Part shown: in pieces, positions 18,750 through 28,759 of the stretch
Numbering within the stretch: the first letter of the stretch is position 1
Layout: every line of letters starts with the position of its first letter
Source of the DNA: Candidatus Latescibacterota bacterium
GTDB lineage: Bacteria > Latescibacterota > UBA2968 > GCA-2709665
NCBI GenBank assembly: GCA_965219995.1
Contig: CBDCOX010000002.1
Location: forward strand, 128,001-192,000
DNA length: 64,000 nt
Direction of reading: 5' to 3'
The notes under the pieces: model-generated
Told to the model about the DNA's origin: nothing
Seen by the model: only the letters and a program-made list of their open reading frames with translations
Database searches by the model: none
Translations under genes and position numbers: made by a program

Positions 18750-19769
18750 TCATGCGACGTATCCGATTTCTTGCAGTGAGACCTGTTTGCCGGTGTTGTG
18801 CGCTCTGCCGGCCGCCTCGGAAACGGCGACGCTTTCCAGGATTTCAGGGTAGGCAACCGGGGACCGGCGGGTTTCAACCATTTTTCGGATCAGCTTGATG
18901 TTTTCGCACGCGCCGTAGGGAAAGACGTAGTCGCCGAGAGGCGCTGAATGGATGTCGCCCATATTGCCGAATGCGCTGGCGTAGAAGGCGCAGTGACAGG
19001 TATCTCCCGTGTCGCAGGAAAGCATCGCCCCGCATCGGGGAAAGCGGGTTTCGCCGGGGTAGATGAGGTGCATGAAGCCGCCCGTGTTTTCTCCCATGGA
19101 TTCCACGGCGCGTACCCCTGGCCCGAACAGGTTCTGAGCCAGGCAGATGGCGTGGATCTGACCGGCCAGCGAGGGGCCGCCCCCACGGATGGAAACGAAT
19201 TCCAGATTGCCCACTTCCGGCAGACGGGCGGCGAATTGCCTGGCCTGCGGGAGGGTGTTCAGGATCGAACGTGAAAGCATCGGGGCATTGTGCCTGCGCG
19301 CCAGGTCGACAATGGCGTTGGCGTTTTCAAGATTGTTCGCGAGCGGTTTGTCGATAAAGGTGGGTACGCCTTTTTCGAGGCCGGGCCGTGCAAGTTCGAG
19401 ATGGTCGGCGCCGTCGTAGTTGCAGTCCGCGACCAGAACAAGGTCCACGTCGTCCGAAACTTCGTGAACTTCGTCGCATACCCGCGGCCGCGAGGTGAAG
19501 ACTTCCGCGAAGACCTCTCCCACGCCGGGGTGTTCGTCCCAGACGCGGACGATTTCGAAATCGTGCAGGCGCGGAACGGTCATGCGCGCGGGATCGCTGT
19601 AGAACGTATAGAAGTAGAAGTGGGCTCCGCCGGTCATCCAGCTGTAGGGCGCCCCGGCGCTGTCTTCCATGGGTTTCTGCAGGCGCAGGGGATCGTGTTC
19701 GGCCATCAGCGCGCTGTAATACATCCCATGCATGTCGCAGCGGATCAGACCGACTCGGATTTTCTCCAT
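18750..19769 (-). CDS. Gfo/Idh/MocA-like oxidoreductase (divergent)
   Basis: KIRVGLIRCDMHG, HLELARPGLEKGVPTFIDKPLA. Confidence 0.8.
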   Translation of the reverse strand: MEKIRVGLIRCDMHGMYYSALMAEHDPLRLQKPMEDSAGAPYSWMTGGAHFYFYTFYSDPARMTVPRLHDFEIVRVWDEHPGVGEVFAEVFTSRPRVCDEVHEVSDDVDLVLVADCNYDGADHLELARPGLEKGVPTFIDKPLANNLENANAIVDLARRHNAPMLSRSILNTLPQARQFAARLPEVGNLEFVSIRGGGPSLAGQIHAICLAQNLFGPGVRAVESMGENTGGFMHLIYPGETRFPRCGAMLSCDTGDTCHCAFYASAFGNMGDIHSAPLGDYVFPYGACENIKLIRKMVETRRSPVAYPEILESVAVSEAAGRAHNTGKQVSLQEIGYVA

Positions 19770-20001
19770 GACTGTTCTCCTCGAAACGACACGTCGAACG
19801 CGCACGACAAAGGACAAATGACGCCACCGACACCCGGGAGCGCGTAAAGTATGAAAGAAAAATCGGGAAGACAAGGATTTTTCTTCTTGATTACTGAACA
19901 AATGTTCAGTATATTTTCGGGTACTGAAGGACAATACGCTCTCCACGCCAAACGGTCCCTTTACAACAGGTCGGGTACCTTCAGTTCACGGAGGTCGGCT
20001 C

Positions 20002-20859
20002 ATGTCTGCTGTTCGAACACACGTCGCTCGTCTTGCGTCGGATGAAAAATCGCTGGAAGTTTACTACAGGGAGGTGGATCGCCACCCGCGAATCGATTCG
20101 GCCGCGGAGCGGGAGCTTGCGGCAAGGATCGAGGCGGGAGATGACGCGGCGCTCGAGGCGCTTGTCAATGCCAACCTCCGCTTTGTCATTCATATCGCCA
20201 GGGGGTACCGGAATCAGGGTCTGTCGATGGGCGATCTCATCAACGAGGGCAATTTCGGACTGCTGCGGGCCGCGCGAAAATTCGACCGCCGCAAGGATTG
20301 CAGGTTCATCACCTATGCCGTCTGGTGGATCCGGCAGCACATTCTCAAGGCCCTGGACGTCCAGACTCGCCCTGTCCGCCTTCCTGCCAGCGTGCTGAAC
20401 GATTTCGGCCGCTTCAGCAAGACCGAGGCGCGCCTCGTGCAGCGCCTGGAGCGGGTCCCCGCGCCGGAAGAGGTCGCTGCCCGGTCCGGTCTGTCGGCCG
20501 GGAGGTTGAAACGCTGTCTGGATGCAGGCACAAATGCCATATCAATGGACTCGACCTGCGCCGGCGACGGCCTGAGCCTTGCGGAGACGCTGCCGGACAC
20601 GTGCGCCTCAATGGCCGACGAAGCTTTCGATGAGCAGCGCAGGGTCCGTGCCCTGATGGAAACGCTGAATGGACTGTCTGAACGGCACCGTAAAATCCTG
20701 ACGCTCTATTTCGGGATGCTCGGAGAGGAACCTGCTACGTACCAGGAGATCGGCCGCCGGATGGGCATCAGCCGCGAACGGGTGAGGCAGTTGAAAGAGG
20801 ATGCATTCGGAAAATTGCGGCACCCGTCGATTCGGACGCGCCTGGAGGCGTATCTGTAG
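20002..20859 (+). CDS. RpoD/SigA-family sigma factor lacking region 1.1
   Basis: ANLRFVIHIA, DLINEGNFGL, TYAVWWIRQ, VRLP, TYQEIG..ISRERVRQL. Confidence 0.92.
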   Translation: MSAVRTHVARLASDEKSLEVYYREVDRHPRIDSAAERELAARIEAGDDAALEALVNANLRFVIHIARGYRNQGLSMGDLINEGNFGLLRAARKFDRRKDCRFITYAVWWIRQHILKALDVQTRPVRLPASVLNDFGRFSKTEARLVQRLERVPAPEEVAARSGLSAGRLKRCLDAGTNAISMDSTCAGDGLSLAETLPDTCASMADEAFDEQRRVRALMETLNGLSERHRKILTLYFGMLGEEPATYQEIGRRMGISRERVRQLKEDAFGKLRHPSIRTRLEAYL

Positions 20860-20913
20860 TGTGAACGGGTGCGTTTTCCCGTTGCTCTGACTGCGGAGTC
20901 GGTGTGTCTGTGA

Positions 20914-20946
20914 ACGGGCCGCGGCAATGCCGCGACCCGTTTTTTC
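20914..20946 (+). terminator. Intrinsic terminator after sigma gene
   Basis: ACGGGCCGCGG/CCGCGACCCGT stem followed by T-tract. Confidence 0.65.
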
Positions 20947-21089
20947 CGTCGGATCATTGCACTGAGACACCTGCTTCACCCTGTCCCCGCCATAAGCTTC
21001 AGGACGTTTGCGCTTGACGGAACCCATGAAATGCTCCAACTTATAGTCGTGTAACGCTCACTCCGTTTTCCACGTATCCCCGAGGCCGT

Positions 21090-21881
21090 TTGCCTGTGCC
21101 GGTCGTTATTTCAGCCGTTCTGGGCGCCCTGGTTTTGATATGGGGCGCGGTTTTCGCGCTTATCCGCTGGGTGAAACCGCTGTCGCAAAAGCACCTGCTG
21201 GGTTTTGGCGGGTACGTGAGCGTCGTGTCGGGGCTGACGGTTTTCCTCGTGATCCAAACGGCGCTCCAGCAGCAGGACGTGGCGATGAAGGACACCCGCG
21301 AACGCTTGGACAGGACGGTGGAGACCTTCCGCGAGAAGCTTGACGAGCAGGGCGCGAAACTCATGGACCGGACCATGGAAAAGGCGGACCTCACCAAGTC
21401 GGAGTGGGAAGTGCGCGCGGACCTGCAGGAGGAGCGGTCGCGCCACGCGCGCACGAACTCGGACCTGCGGGATACCCGGGCTCGGCTTCAACGCACGGAG
21501 GCGGCGTTAACAGACGAAGCGAACGCCCGGAACGCGTACTCGGACAGCCTGAATACCGAACGCGCGCAGAGGCGGAATACGGAGGCGCTCCTGTCCAGGG
21601 AGGGTGCGCGCCTCAAGGCAACGCTCGGAGAGCTCGCTCGTGTACGCGAAAGCCTTGCGGCCGCCGAGGCGCGCGCCCACCGGCAGGAAAACGAACTGGC
21701 CATGGTGCGTAATTCCCTGCAGCGCGCCGAGCAGAGGGTCAAGGACGCGCTGAGGAACGCGTCCACGGCACAGAACGACCTCATCGAAACCATGATCAGG
21801 CAGGTCAAGGCGGCTGAGACCCTGCAGGCTGCCGTCGACTCCATCTACGGAAAGGTGATGAAACGTCCCCGCAATCCGTAA
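21090..21881 (+). CDS. Membrane-anchored coiled-coil protein (2 N-terminal TM)
   Basis: Two hydrophobic helices followed by about 200 aa of A/E/R/L heptad-like sequence. Confidence 0.75.
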   Translation: MPVPVVISAVLGALVLIWGAVFALIRWVKPLSQKHLLGFGGYVSVVSGLTVFLVIQTALQQQDVAMKDTRERLDRTVETFREKLDEQGAKLMDRTMEKADLTKSEWEVRADLQEERSRHARTNSDLRDTRARLQRTEAALTDEANARNAYSDSLNTERAQRRNTEALLSREGARLKATLGELARVRESLAAAEARAHRQENELAMVRNSLQRAEQRVKDALRNASTAQNDLIETMIRQVKAAETLQAAVDSIYGKVMKRPRNP

Positions 21882-21966
21882 GCTCTTACGCGCGGGACAG
21901 AACACGGATTTCGATACACACCACCGCGGTTCACCCGGCGTGAATCCGCCCAATTCGGAGGCAGAC

Positions 21967-22833
21967 GTGAACAAAGGACCCGATCCATCCGGCGACAGGA
22001 AGCGTATCGTTATCGCCGTCGGCTTTCTGGCGGCATTGCTGGTTGTTCTCTTGTTGACGGTCTGGAAGCCCGATACGGTTCCGGAAGTCGACCCCCAGGT
22101 TGTGCAACTGGAGAGCGATATTGCGCTGTATACCGGCCAGATCGATTCGCTGAACGCACTCGTGGATGAAATGGATTCGCGTATCGATGCGATGCGCGCC
22201 CACGTGGACAGCGCAAAGGTGTCCAACAGGAAACTCCTGACGTCGCTTCACAGGGTCACAAGTGAAATGAAGGAGTACCAGGCGCTCTACCGCAGACAGA
22301 AGGAGATGAACGAAAAGCTGGTTGCCGAGCTCAAACAGATGAGGGGGGAGAAAGACGCGGCAACGGCGGCAGTCCGGGAGTTGAAGATCGAGGTTGACAC
22401 GCTGAACAAATTGCTGCACGACAAGACGACCCGCCTGATCAGGCTGGAGTCCAGCCTCAGGGAGGCCGTTGAGCAGGCGCAGACCATGCAGGAGACCGCC
22501 ACGTCCGTGCTGGTCTACGCCGGCACGGAAGACGCGCTGAAAGAGGCAGGATATCTGAAGACGTCGCGTGGGTTTACCATCAGGAAGAATTACAGACTCG
22601 TCGGCTTTCCCGACGTGACCGACGAACAGAGCCTGGATACGGTCAAGAGGGTGTCCATCGGCGCGACAATCGCGGTTCCGGGCGAACTCGCGGCGCTGTG
22701 CGACCGGCACGGCAAGCTGAGCAAACGAAAGGAATACCGGGCCAGCAAGGGGCCCGAGGGGCAGACGATGGTCACGTTCTGGGACTCAACGTTGATTGGG
22801 CAGCGCGTGCTGGCAGTGATCAAGAAAGAATAG
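21967..22833 (+). CDS. Single-TM coiled-coil protein with globular C-terminus (resembles Bacteroidota Cbp1-like proteins)
   Basis: TM IVIAVGFLAALLVVLLLTVW, long coiled coil, C-terminal VYAGTEDALKEAGYL..FWDS..VLAVI. GTG after GGAGG. Confidence 0.7.
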   Translation: MNKGPDPSGDRKRIVIAVGFLAALLVVLLLTVWKPDTVPEVDPQVVQLESDIALYTGQIDSLNALVDEMDSRIDAMRAHVDSAKVSNRKLLTSLHRVTSEMKEYQALYRRQKEMNEKLVAELKQMRGEKDAATAAVRELKIEVDTLNKLLHDKTTRLIRLESSLREAVEQAQTMQETATSVLVYAGTEDALKEAGYLKTSRGFTIRKNYRLVGFPDVTDEQSLDTVKRVSIGATIAVPGELAALCDRHGKLSKRKEYRASKGPEGQTMVTFWDSTLIGQRVLAVIKKE

Positions 22834-22854
22834 GCCGCGGATTCCAGGGACGCG

Positions 22855-22889
22855 AAAACCGGCCGTCGTGTTCGACGGTCGTTTTTTTT
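22855..22889 (+). terminator. Intrinsic terminator
   Basis: CGGCCGTCG/CGACGGTCG stem plus T8. Confidence 0.65.
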
Positions 22890-22953
22890 ACGTGTGCCAG
22901 GCCGGAACAGGCGAGTACCTGGCGCACCTGGCAATGGAGCGAGCGGCGGAGGA

Positions 22954-23376
22954 CTACCACATGTGGACAAACACCGCGGGTCGGACCTTTTCTCCGGTGG
23001 GTGCCGTGGAGAGCAGCGAGTCGGCGTAGGCCGCGTGTCTGACCATGTAGTCCCGGCTGCCGCCGCGCAGGAAGAGGTGGAGATTGCGGTCGGGCTGGGC
23101 GATGAGCCCTGCGGTGAGGCGCTCGAACTCACCGGGTCGAAGCAGCCGTTCGACGGATTTTCCGTCGCTGGAAAGACCGGCGCCCCTTGCCGTGTAGATG
23201 AGCACCAGGTCCTCGGACCTGGGGTCGTGGTGGTGGACCCGCCAGACAGGCTGCGCGACGTTCAGGATCATAATGCCGAGGGTGAGCATAAGCATCATGA
23301 TTCCAAGGAACAGCTCCTTGCTGACGTCGTGTTCCTCCGCCTGCGTCGCGGCGCGCTGTAAGAATCGGCCTCTCAA
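22954..23376 (-). CDS. Single-TM ExbD/MotB-like partner protein (divergent)
   Basis: Overlaps the stop of the MotA-like gene; EEHDVSKELFLGIMMLMLTLGIMIL TM helix then a small periplasmic domain. Confidence 0.55.
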   Translation of the reverse strand: MRGRFLQRAATQAEEHDVSKELFLGIMMLMLTLGIMILNVAQPVWRVHHHDPRSEDLVLIYTARGAGLSSDGKSVERLLRPGEFERLTAGLIAQPDRNLHLFLRGGSRDYMVRHAAYADSLLSTAPTGEKVRPAVFVHMW

Positions 23377-24170
23377 CGGATATTGTCCTCCTGGTCGTCT
23401 CTCAGCGCCAGCCAGGCCCGTTCAATAGCGCCGATGCGCCCCAACAGAATGTCGATGCATTTTCTCAACGGCAGATAGGCCAGCAGGGCAATCAGGGTGG
23501 TCTTGAAGGCCAGGGTCAGCCCGTCGGCCATATCGCGGAGCACTTTGAACGTCTCGGTGGCTTCGTCCAGGCGACTGAGTTCCTGCGCCATGAGCAGGAT
23601 TCCGCACACCGTTCCGAGATATCCGTAAAAGGGGATGCGGCTCAGTGCGCGATGTCCGAGGAGCAGCCGTTCGCCGATAACGCCGATGAGGTCGGTTACC
23701 AGCTCGTCGTCCCGGGCTTTCAGATCCGTATATGCGTGCGTTTCTTCCCTGAGGTCTTTCAGGCCAGCCCGTCGTCGTGAAAGCAGGGTGGGTGGCCGCG
23801 GGGCGGACGGCGCGCCGCGTAGCGCCTCCTCTTCAACGCGAATCCGCAACCATATATGGACAATGACGGAAAGGTGCGCCGTCGAGGCGGCAAGAATGAG
23901 CGCGTATGCCGAGCGGCCGACCCATTCGATCCAGCTCTCCGGCAACGCGACATACATGTAGTAATAGATGCCCAGTGCGGCGATGCCGAACCCCGCAAGG
24001 CCCCCCAGCACTCCGCTGGTCAGTCTGGCGTTGTATGCCGGAAGTCCATACCGCAGTTCTTCGCGGCAGATGGAAACCATCTCCTGGATCAGCGTGAGCG
24101 CGCCTGCCATGGCGCATACGGAGACGAAGACCACCGTGATCAGGATCTCAAACCAGGCTAAACTTTCCAC
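23373..24170 (-). CDS. MotA/TolQ/ExbB proton-channel family protein
   Basis: IPFYGYLGTVCGI and GLTLAFKTTLIAL match the PxxGxLGTxxG and xxxAFxTT helices; three N-terminal TM helices. Confidence 0.8.
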   Translation of the reverse strand: MESLAWFEILITVVFVSVCAMAGALTLIQEMVSICREELRYGLPAYNARLTSGVLGGLAGFGIAALGIYYYMYVALPESWIEWVGRSAYALILAASTAHLSVIVHIWLRIRVEEEALRGAPSAPRPPTLLSRRRAGLKDLREETHAYTDLKARDDELVTDLIGVIGERLLLGHRALSRIPFYGYLGTVCGILLMAQELSRLDEATETFKVLRDMADGLTLAFKTTLIALLAYLPLRKCIDILLGRIGAIERAWLALRDDQEDNIR

Positions 24171-24230
24171 GACCCGTACTCTCCCTGTAGAAAATCAACC
24201 TCAATTCGAAAAAAGAAGACCGAAAAAATG

Positions 24231-24260
24231 GCCACAAAAAGCACAAAAGGCACAAAAAGC
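24231..24260. repeat. 9-bp-period micro-repeat CACAAAA x3
   Basis: GCCACAAAAAGCACAAAAGGCACAAAAAGC in intergenic DNA. Confidence 0.8.
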
Positions 24261-24455
24261 ATCCGTGCAAAGCGGCGTGTGTCGTAACGCGGTGACCCTG
24301 CAGTTATATCCTCACCGGGCCGAAAAGGTCGTCCGGAAGCACATTTTTTCCGTTCACGTCCAGTGGCCTGAAGGATTCTGGAAATCCGATGTTAAATCGC
24401 CTTTATCAACTTGCGTATATTCGAATTAACGTCCCCCAAAAATGATAAATCCTGG

Positions 24456-25688
24456 TCAAATTCGGTATGCATCCGTACCTTTCGAAACGACGTACCAGAT
24501 ATATGCGGCCATGATGATGGTCGGAAATAACAACCCTGCCCGCGACCCTCGCCCGCCACCGCTGCCGCCGGACGCTGCTGTGGCGCGACTTGCATCCCCG
24601 GCCTTCCTTCCGGTAACCGATTGATCGCCCGGAGACCGTTCCTCGGGCGGGCGATACGCGTCCTTGCGATCGCCCGTTTCCGTTGCTCGCGCCGCCGAAC
24701 CAGCCGCCTCAATCGCGGCGTCCTCACCCTTCAGGGTGCGTTTTCGGGGGTAAAGGAGGCGCTTTTCCGACTGGGCCAGCTTCTCCGCCCACGATTCGAC
24801 TTCCTTCGCGAAAGTCAGCGACGTCTCTTCCTTGAGCGGTCCGGCCTTGCCCAGCGTGAAGCTGACTTCAGGATTCCGATGCCCGGTATAGGCAGTTTGA
24901 AGGACCGGATCTACGGACTTCTGGAGCTGGCGTTTGAGTCCTGCGCGCGTTTTCTGCAGGGATAACAGGCGCTGTAGAAATCCGTGGTAGTCCATTCGCT
25001 TCCGATGCGTCTTTGGCGCTCGCGCCCGGGACGACTTCGCCAGGGCCTGTTCAATTTCGCGCCGGCCGAAGCGCTTCGCGAATTCCGCGTGGCCGAAGAT
25101 CCTCGAATGCCAGATCACCCAAGCATCCGGGATGTCGGGAACCGGATGCGCATACGTGATTTCGAGTGCCGGGCCGTTTTCGGTCTGCCAGGTCTCGTCT
25201 GAGACCAGAATCGGATGTAGTGCGCCCCTTGCATCCTTCAGATAGAGGCCGAAGAGGAATCCGCTTTCCACCTGGTCGGTGTCCCAGCAACGGGCGCGGA
25301 TACCGTTTCTGGCTCTCAGATAGACGTGGGGGATTTCGATTTCCACGGGTGTGAGGCGGGTTTCGCCGACGAGGAAGTCGTTGAACCACACGCGGGCCTC
25401 GTCGTCGGCCCAAAAGATGCAGACGACGGATGTACCCTTCGGAAGACGAATGACGTCGGCGGCCCCGGGCAATCGCTTGATGTCGATGGCTTCGGGGTCT
25501 GCCGCACTCATCACGCGAACGAGGCTGTCGATTTGCGCGGAGACCGCATTGAACTCTTGGCGAATGGCAAGCGGGTTGCGGCGGGTTGCGACGGTCGGGT
25601 CGGTCACACTGCCGGACACGTTGGGAGGCGCCAGCGACAGACCGGCCAACACGAGCGCGGCCAGCCATCGGTCTCGCGACAGGGTCAT
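24456..25688 (-). CDS. Exported protein with lectin-like beta-sandwich domain, coiled coils and C-terminal TM anchor
   Basis: Signal peptide MTLSRDRWLAALVLAG; WADDEARVWFND..ILVSDETWQ; Gly-rich linker then GLLFPTIIMAAYIWYVV. Confidence 0.6.
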   Translation of the reverse strand: MTLSRDRWLAALVLAGLSLAPPNVSGSVTDPTVATRRNPLAIRQEFNAVSAQIDSLVRVMSAADPEAIDIKRLPGAADVIRLPKGTSVVCIFWADDEARVWFNDFLVGETRLTPVEIEIPHVYLRARNGIRARCWDTDQVESGFLFGLYLKDARGALHPILVSDETWQTENGPALEITYAHPVPDIPDAWVIWHSRIFGHAEFAKRFGRREIEQALAKSSRARAPKTHRKRMDYHGFLQRLLSLQKTRAGLKRQLQKSVDPVLQTAYTGHRNPEVSFTLGKAGPLKEETSLTFAKEVESWAEKLAQSEKRLLYPRKRTLKGEDAAIEAAGSAARATETGDRKDAYRPPEERSPGDQSVTGRKAGDASRATAASGGSGGGRGSRAGLLFPTIIMAAYIWYVVSKGTDAYRI

Positions 25689-25710
25689 CAGGAAGTTCTC
25701 CTGGGAATCT

Positions 25711-26841
25711 CTAAAAATCCGCGAAGGACCCGTCTTCTTCAGATCGCCACATACCGCGGAAGCGAAAGCGCTCGTCCCGCATGGCCTCGAGGGCGTCGTC
25801 GTCGATTTCGAATCCAAGGCCGGGCCCGGTAGGCAACTCGACAAAGCCGTCCCTGAAAGCAAGCGGCGGCAGCAGAAGCCCGTCGCCGCGAGCGGTGCCG
25901 CCCTCGCAGATCAGGAAATTCGGGACCGTGGCCATGGTGTGGATGGACGCCACGACGCCTATTGGACCGGCGGCGTTGTGCGGCGCGATAGCAATGTCCC
26001 GGATTTCGGCCAGGGTGGCGATTTTCTTCATCTCCGAGATGCCTCCCACGTGCCGGATGTCCGGTTGCAGAACGGCGCAGGCCTGCTTTTCCACAACATC
26101 CCAGAAACTCCAGCGCGTAAGGTGGCGTTCGCCGGTTGCGATGGGTGTGGCGGTCGAACGGGAGAGGGTCAGCAGGGCGTCGTTGTTTTCGGGGTGGCAG
26201 GGCTCTTCCGCGAAGAGCAGATGATAGGGTTCGAGCGCTTTGACGGTGATTACGGCCATTTGCGGGCTGAGGCGGCGGTGCAGATCGACAGCGATGTCCA
26301 CGTCGTCGCCCACGGCCTCGCGGACGGCGGCGACACGGGCGACCATTTCGTCGACCGCCCGCACCGTATCCACAAACCGAACGGGCCTGACTGCGCCGCC
26401 CATCTTGATGGCGGTAAACCCGTCCGCGACCCGGGCGCGGGCCTGTTCCGCGCAGGCTTCGGGCGTATCGCCGCCCGCGTGAGCGTAAACGCGCACCCGG
26501 TCCCGGACCGAGCCGCCAAGGAGCCGCCAGACGGGTACGTCCAGGACTTTGCCCATGATGTCCCACATGGCCATGTCCGCGCCGCTGAGCGCGCCCAGGA
26601 TGATGGGCATGCTCCGGCTGTACGTGGAGCGAAAAAAGGTCTGCCAGTGGTCTTCGATCTGGAGGGGGTCCTTGCCGATGAGGTATTCGGACAGGTCGTC
26701 CATGGCGCGCGCGACGATTCGCCAGTGCGTATAGTCAAGCGGTTCGCCGTAGCCGACGACGCCCTCGTCGGTGTGCATTTTCAGCACGAGGAACCGCTGT
26801 GCGACGGGGATGGTCTCAAGGCGCGTGATCTTCATGGGCAT
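25711..26841 (-). CDS. dgoD: Galactonate dehydratase-like (mandelate racemase family)
   Basis: MKITRLET, TDEGVVGYGE, WDIMGK, VDLHRR, FAEEP, ATGER, QPD, APHN..GP. Confidence 0.75.
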   Translation of the reverse strand: MPMKITRLETIPVAQRFLVLKMHTDEGVVGYGEPLDYTHWRIVARAMDDLSEYLIGKDPLQIEDHWQTFFRSTYSRSMPIILGALSGADMAMWDIMGKVLDVPVWRLLGGSVRDRVRVYAHAGGDTPEACAEQARARVADGFTAIKMGGAVRPVRFVDTVRAVDEMVARVAAVREAVGDDVDIAVDLHRRLSPQMAVITVKALEPYHLLFAEEPCHPENNDALLTLSRSTATPIATGERHLTRWSFWDVVEKQACAVLQPDIRHVGGISEMKKIATLAEIRDIAIAPHNAAGPIGVVASIHTMATVPNFLICEGGTARGDGLLLPPLAFRDGFVELPTGPGLGFEIDDDALEAMRDERFRFRGMWRSEEDGSFADF

Positions 26842-26907
26842 TGACCCCTGCTGAAAATACAGCGTCTGTGCGATCGGGACTGTCGGGCGCGCGGGAACCC
26901 CGGGGAC

Positions 26908-27777
26908 TCAACGCTCGGTTTCTTCGCCTTCGTAGTGACTCCGGTTCGCGGCGGCGATTACGGGTGCGATTTTGTCTGCGAACCGGATCTGGCTGTTGTC
27001 TTCGGGCTCGTAGCCGATAACCTTCCGGGCGTTGGCGATGCTCCAGAAGTTGTGGCTGTTTCCACTGATGCCGTAGAAGATCTGAAACGGGATGCCGTTC
27101 TCGTCTTCGATGTTCTCCGTCTCGATGCTCTTGATCAGGAGCTGGGTCTGGTCCCGCGCGCTCAGGTAGGCCCCGAGGCTGCGGTGCATGCCCTTCGGGT
27201 TTTCCGGACTGAGTCTGTCCGCCACGTTCTCGCGGGGCCCGCCGATGCGAAGCTGTACATTCTGAAGTTTCCGTCCGTTTCCGATCTTTCCCGCGGCAAA
27301 GGCGAAGCCCAGCAGTTCGTACGCGGCCTTGGCCCACCCGTAGAAGTTGTCGGAAAGCGGGAGCATGTCCGGCGTGACGAAGTCCATGCGTCCGGACCAG
27401 ATGAGCGTCTCGTAGAAGTCCGTCGCATGGTTGGAGCTGATGACCACGACGCGTCGAACGTCCTCTTCCAGGCAGGTCTGATACACGTTATGGGCCATGG
27501 CGACGTTGTCGGCTTCCGCCCAGTACTGATCCATCGGATCTGTCGCACGCGTGAATCCGCAATGAATCACGGCGTCGGCGTTGGCGAAATGCTTCCGGTA
27601 CTCGTCCCTGTCTCGCGTGAGGAGGTCGGCGATGGCGATACCTTCGACTTCTTCGCCGCTTCTGTCCGTTTTTCGAACGTCGAGGAGGCCGAGGTCATAG
27701 CGCTCCCTGAGGACGGGCAGGCTTCGCCCCGCGATATATCCGGCCGCACCGGTGACGACAACCCTTCGTTTTGCCAT
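26908..27777 (-). CDS. NAD-dependent epimerase/dehydratase
   Basis: VVTGAAGYIA, ISSNHATD, NFYGWAK, LRIGG, FYGISGN. Confidence 0.85.
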   Translation of the reverse strand: MAKRRVVVTGAAGYIAGRSLPVLRERYDLGLLDVRKTDRSGEEVEGIAIADLLTRDRDEYRKHFANADAVIHCGFTRATDPMDQYWAEADNVAMAHNVYQTCLEEDVRRVVVISSNHATDFYETLIWSGRMDFVTPDMLPLSDNFYGWAKAAYELLGFAFAAGKIGNGRKLQNVQLRIGGPRENVADRLSPENPKGMHRSLGAYLSARDQTQLLIKSIETENIEDENGIPFQIFYGISGNSHNFWSIANARKVIGYEPEDNSQIRFADKIAPVIAAANRSHYEGEETER

Positions 27778-27788
27778 CTGAATGCTCT

Positions 27789-28550
27789 CTACGGGAGTGG
27801 AAAAGGCATGGGTACGTCGGGGTGGTACGTGAATCGGTTTCTGCCCCTGAGCAGGACAGGCCGCCAGTCCCGGCCGATTGAGTTGACTTCGACCTGCCTG
27901 GCTTCCGGCGGAATGAAACGGACGGTAAGGCCGCAGCGCCGGCGGTTCGAGGTATTCGGCATGCTGGCGTGGAAGAGCTGGCCGTGATGGACGGAAATCT
28001 GGCCTGCCGTGAGCTCCAGGTCGATTGCGTGGCTGGTGTCGACGAGCTCGTCCGGGATTTCCTGGTTGATGCTCAGGAGATTCCCCGCCTGTTTCGACGT
28101 CCCGTGTGTGACGATCCCTTCCTTGTGAGAGCCCGGGATGACGCGCATGCAGCCATTCTCCGCGTCGCTGTCGTCGATGGCGATCCAGGCCGTATGCGCC
28201 AGCGGAGGCTTCAGGCCCCAGTAGGTGACATCCTGGTGCCACGCCACGAAGTGTTTTTGGTCTTTGGCGGGGTATTTGCAGAAAAAGTGCGTGGCCAGCA
28301 GAAGGATATCCTTTCCCATGGCATGTTCCATGACGTCCAGAAGACGCGCGTCGGTGGACAGCCTCCAGATGAATTCCTCGTCGAAGTGCCGGGACTGGAG
28401 GCCCACCTGGCAGACGTCTCTGCCCTCTCTGGCTTCGAGATCGTCGAACTGCGCCCGGAACGCGTCGATCTCGTTTTTGGAGAACACGTCGATCCGGGGC
28501 AGCACGCCATCGGTTTCGTAGGTCTCCCGTATGTACTCGACGACAGGCAC
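27789..28550 (-). CDS. PhyH-family Fe/2OG dioxygenase
   Basis: FFCKYP, AWHQDVTYW, ENGCMRVIPGSH, LFHASMPN..RR. Confidence 0.9.
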   Translation of the reverse strand: MPVVEYIRETYETDGVLPRIDVFSKNEIDAFRAQFDDLEAREGRDVCQVGLQSRHFDEEFIWRLSTDARLLDVMEHAMGKDILLLATHFFCKYPAKDQKHFVAWHQDVTYWGLKPPLAHTAWIAIDDSDAENGCMRVIPGSHKEGIVTHGTSKQAGNLLSINQEIPDELVDTSHAIDLELTAGQISVHHGQLFHASMPNTSNRRRCGLTVRFIPPEARQVEVNSIGRDWRPVLLRGRNRFTYHPDVPMPFPLP

Positions 28551-28654
28551 TTCCGATCCCCCGTTAATGATCTGCGCAGGTGGCGGATAATCTACGGCGA
28601 TCGGTGCGGCCGTGCAACCCGTTTCTGGTAGAGGCGGCCGAGTCCGCGCGAGGA

Positions 28655-28683
28655 TTGACAGACCTATCGCGGGTGGGTATCAT
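28655..28683 (+). promoter_or_regulatory. Sigma70-type promoter
   Basis: TTGACA-17-TATCAT. Confidence 0.65.
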
Positions 28684-28759
28684 GCGAATCCGGGAACGGC
28701 CGGAAACGCCGGGCCCTGGCGCCGCGGCGCAGACCGTTTTGTGTGAATGGAGGGTTGAA

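Noticed and set aside
22954-24170. Zorya anti-phage system
   Set aside because: No long ZorA tail, no OmpA-like ZorB domain and no ZorC/D/E genes.
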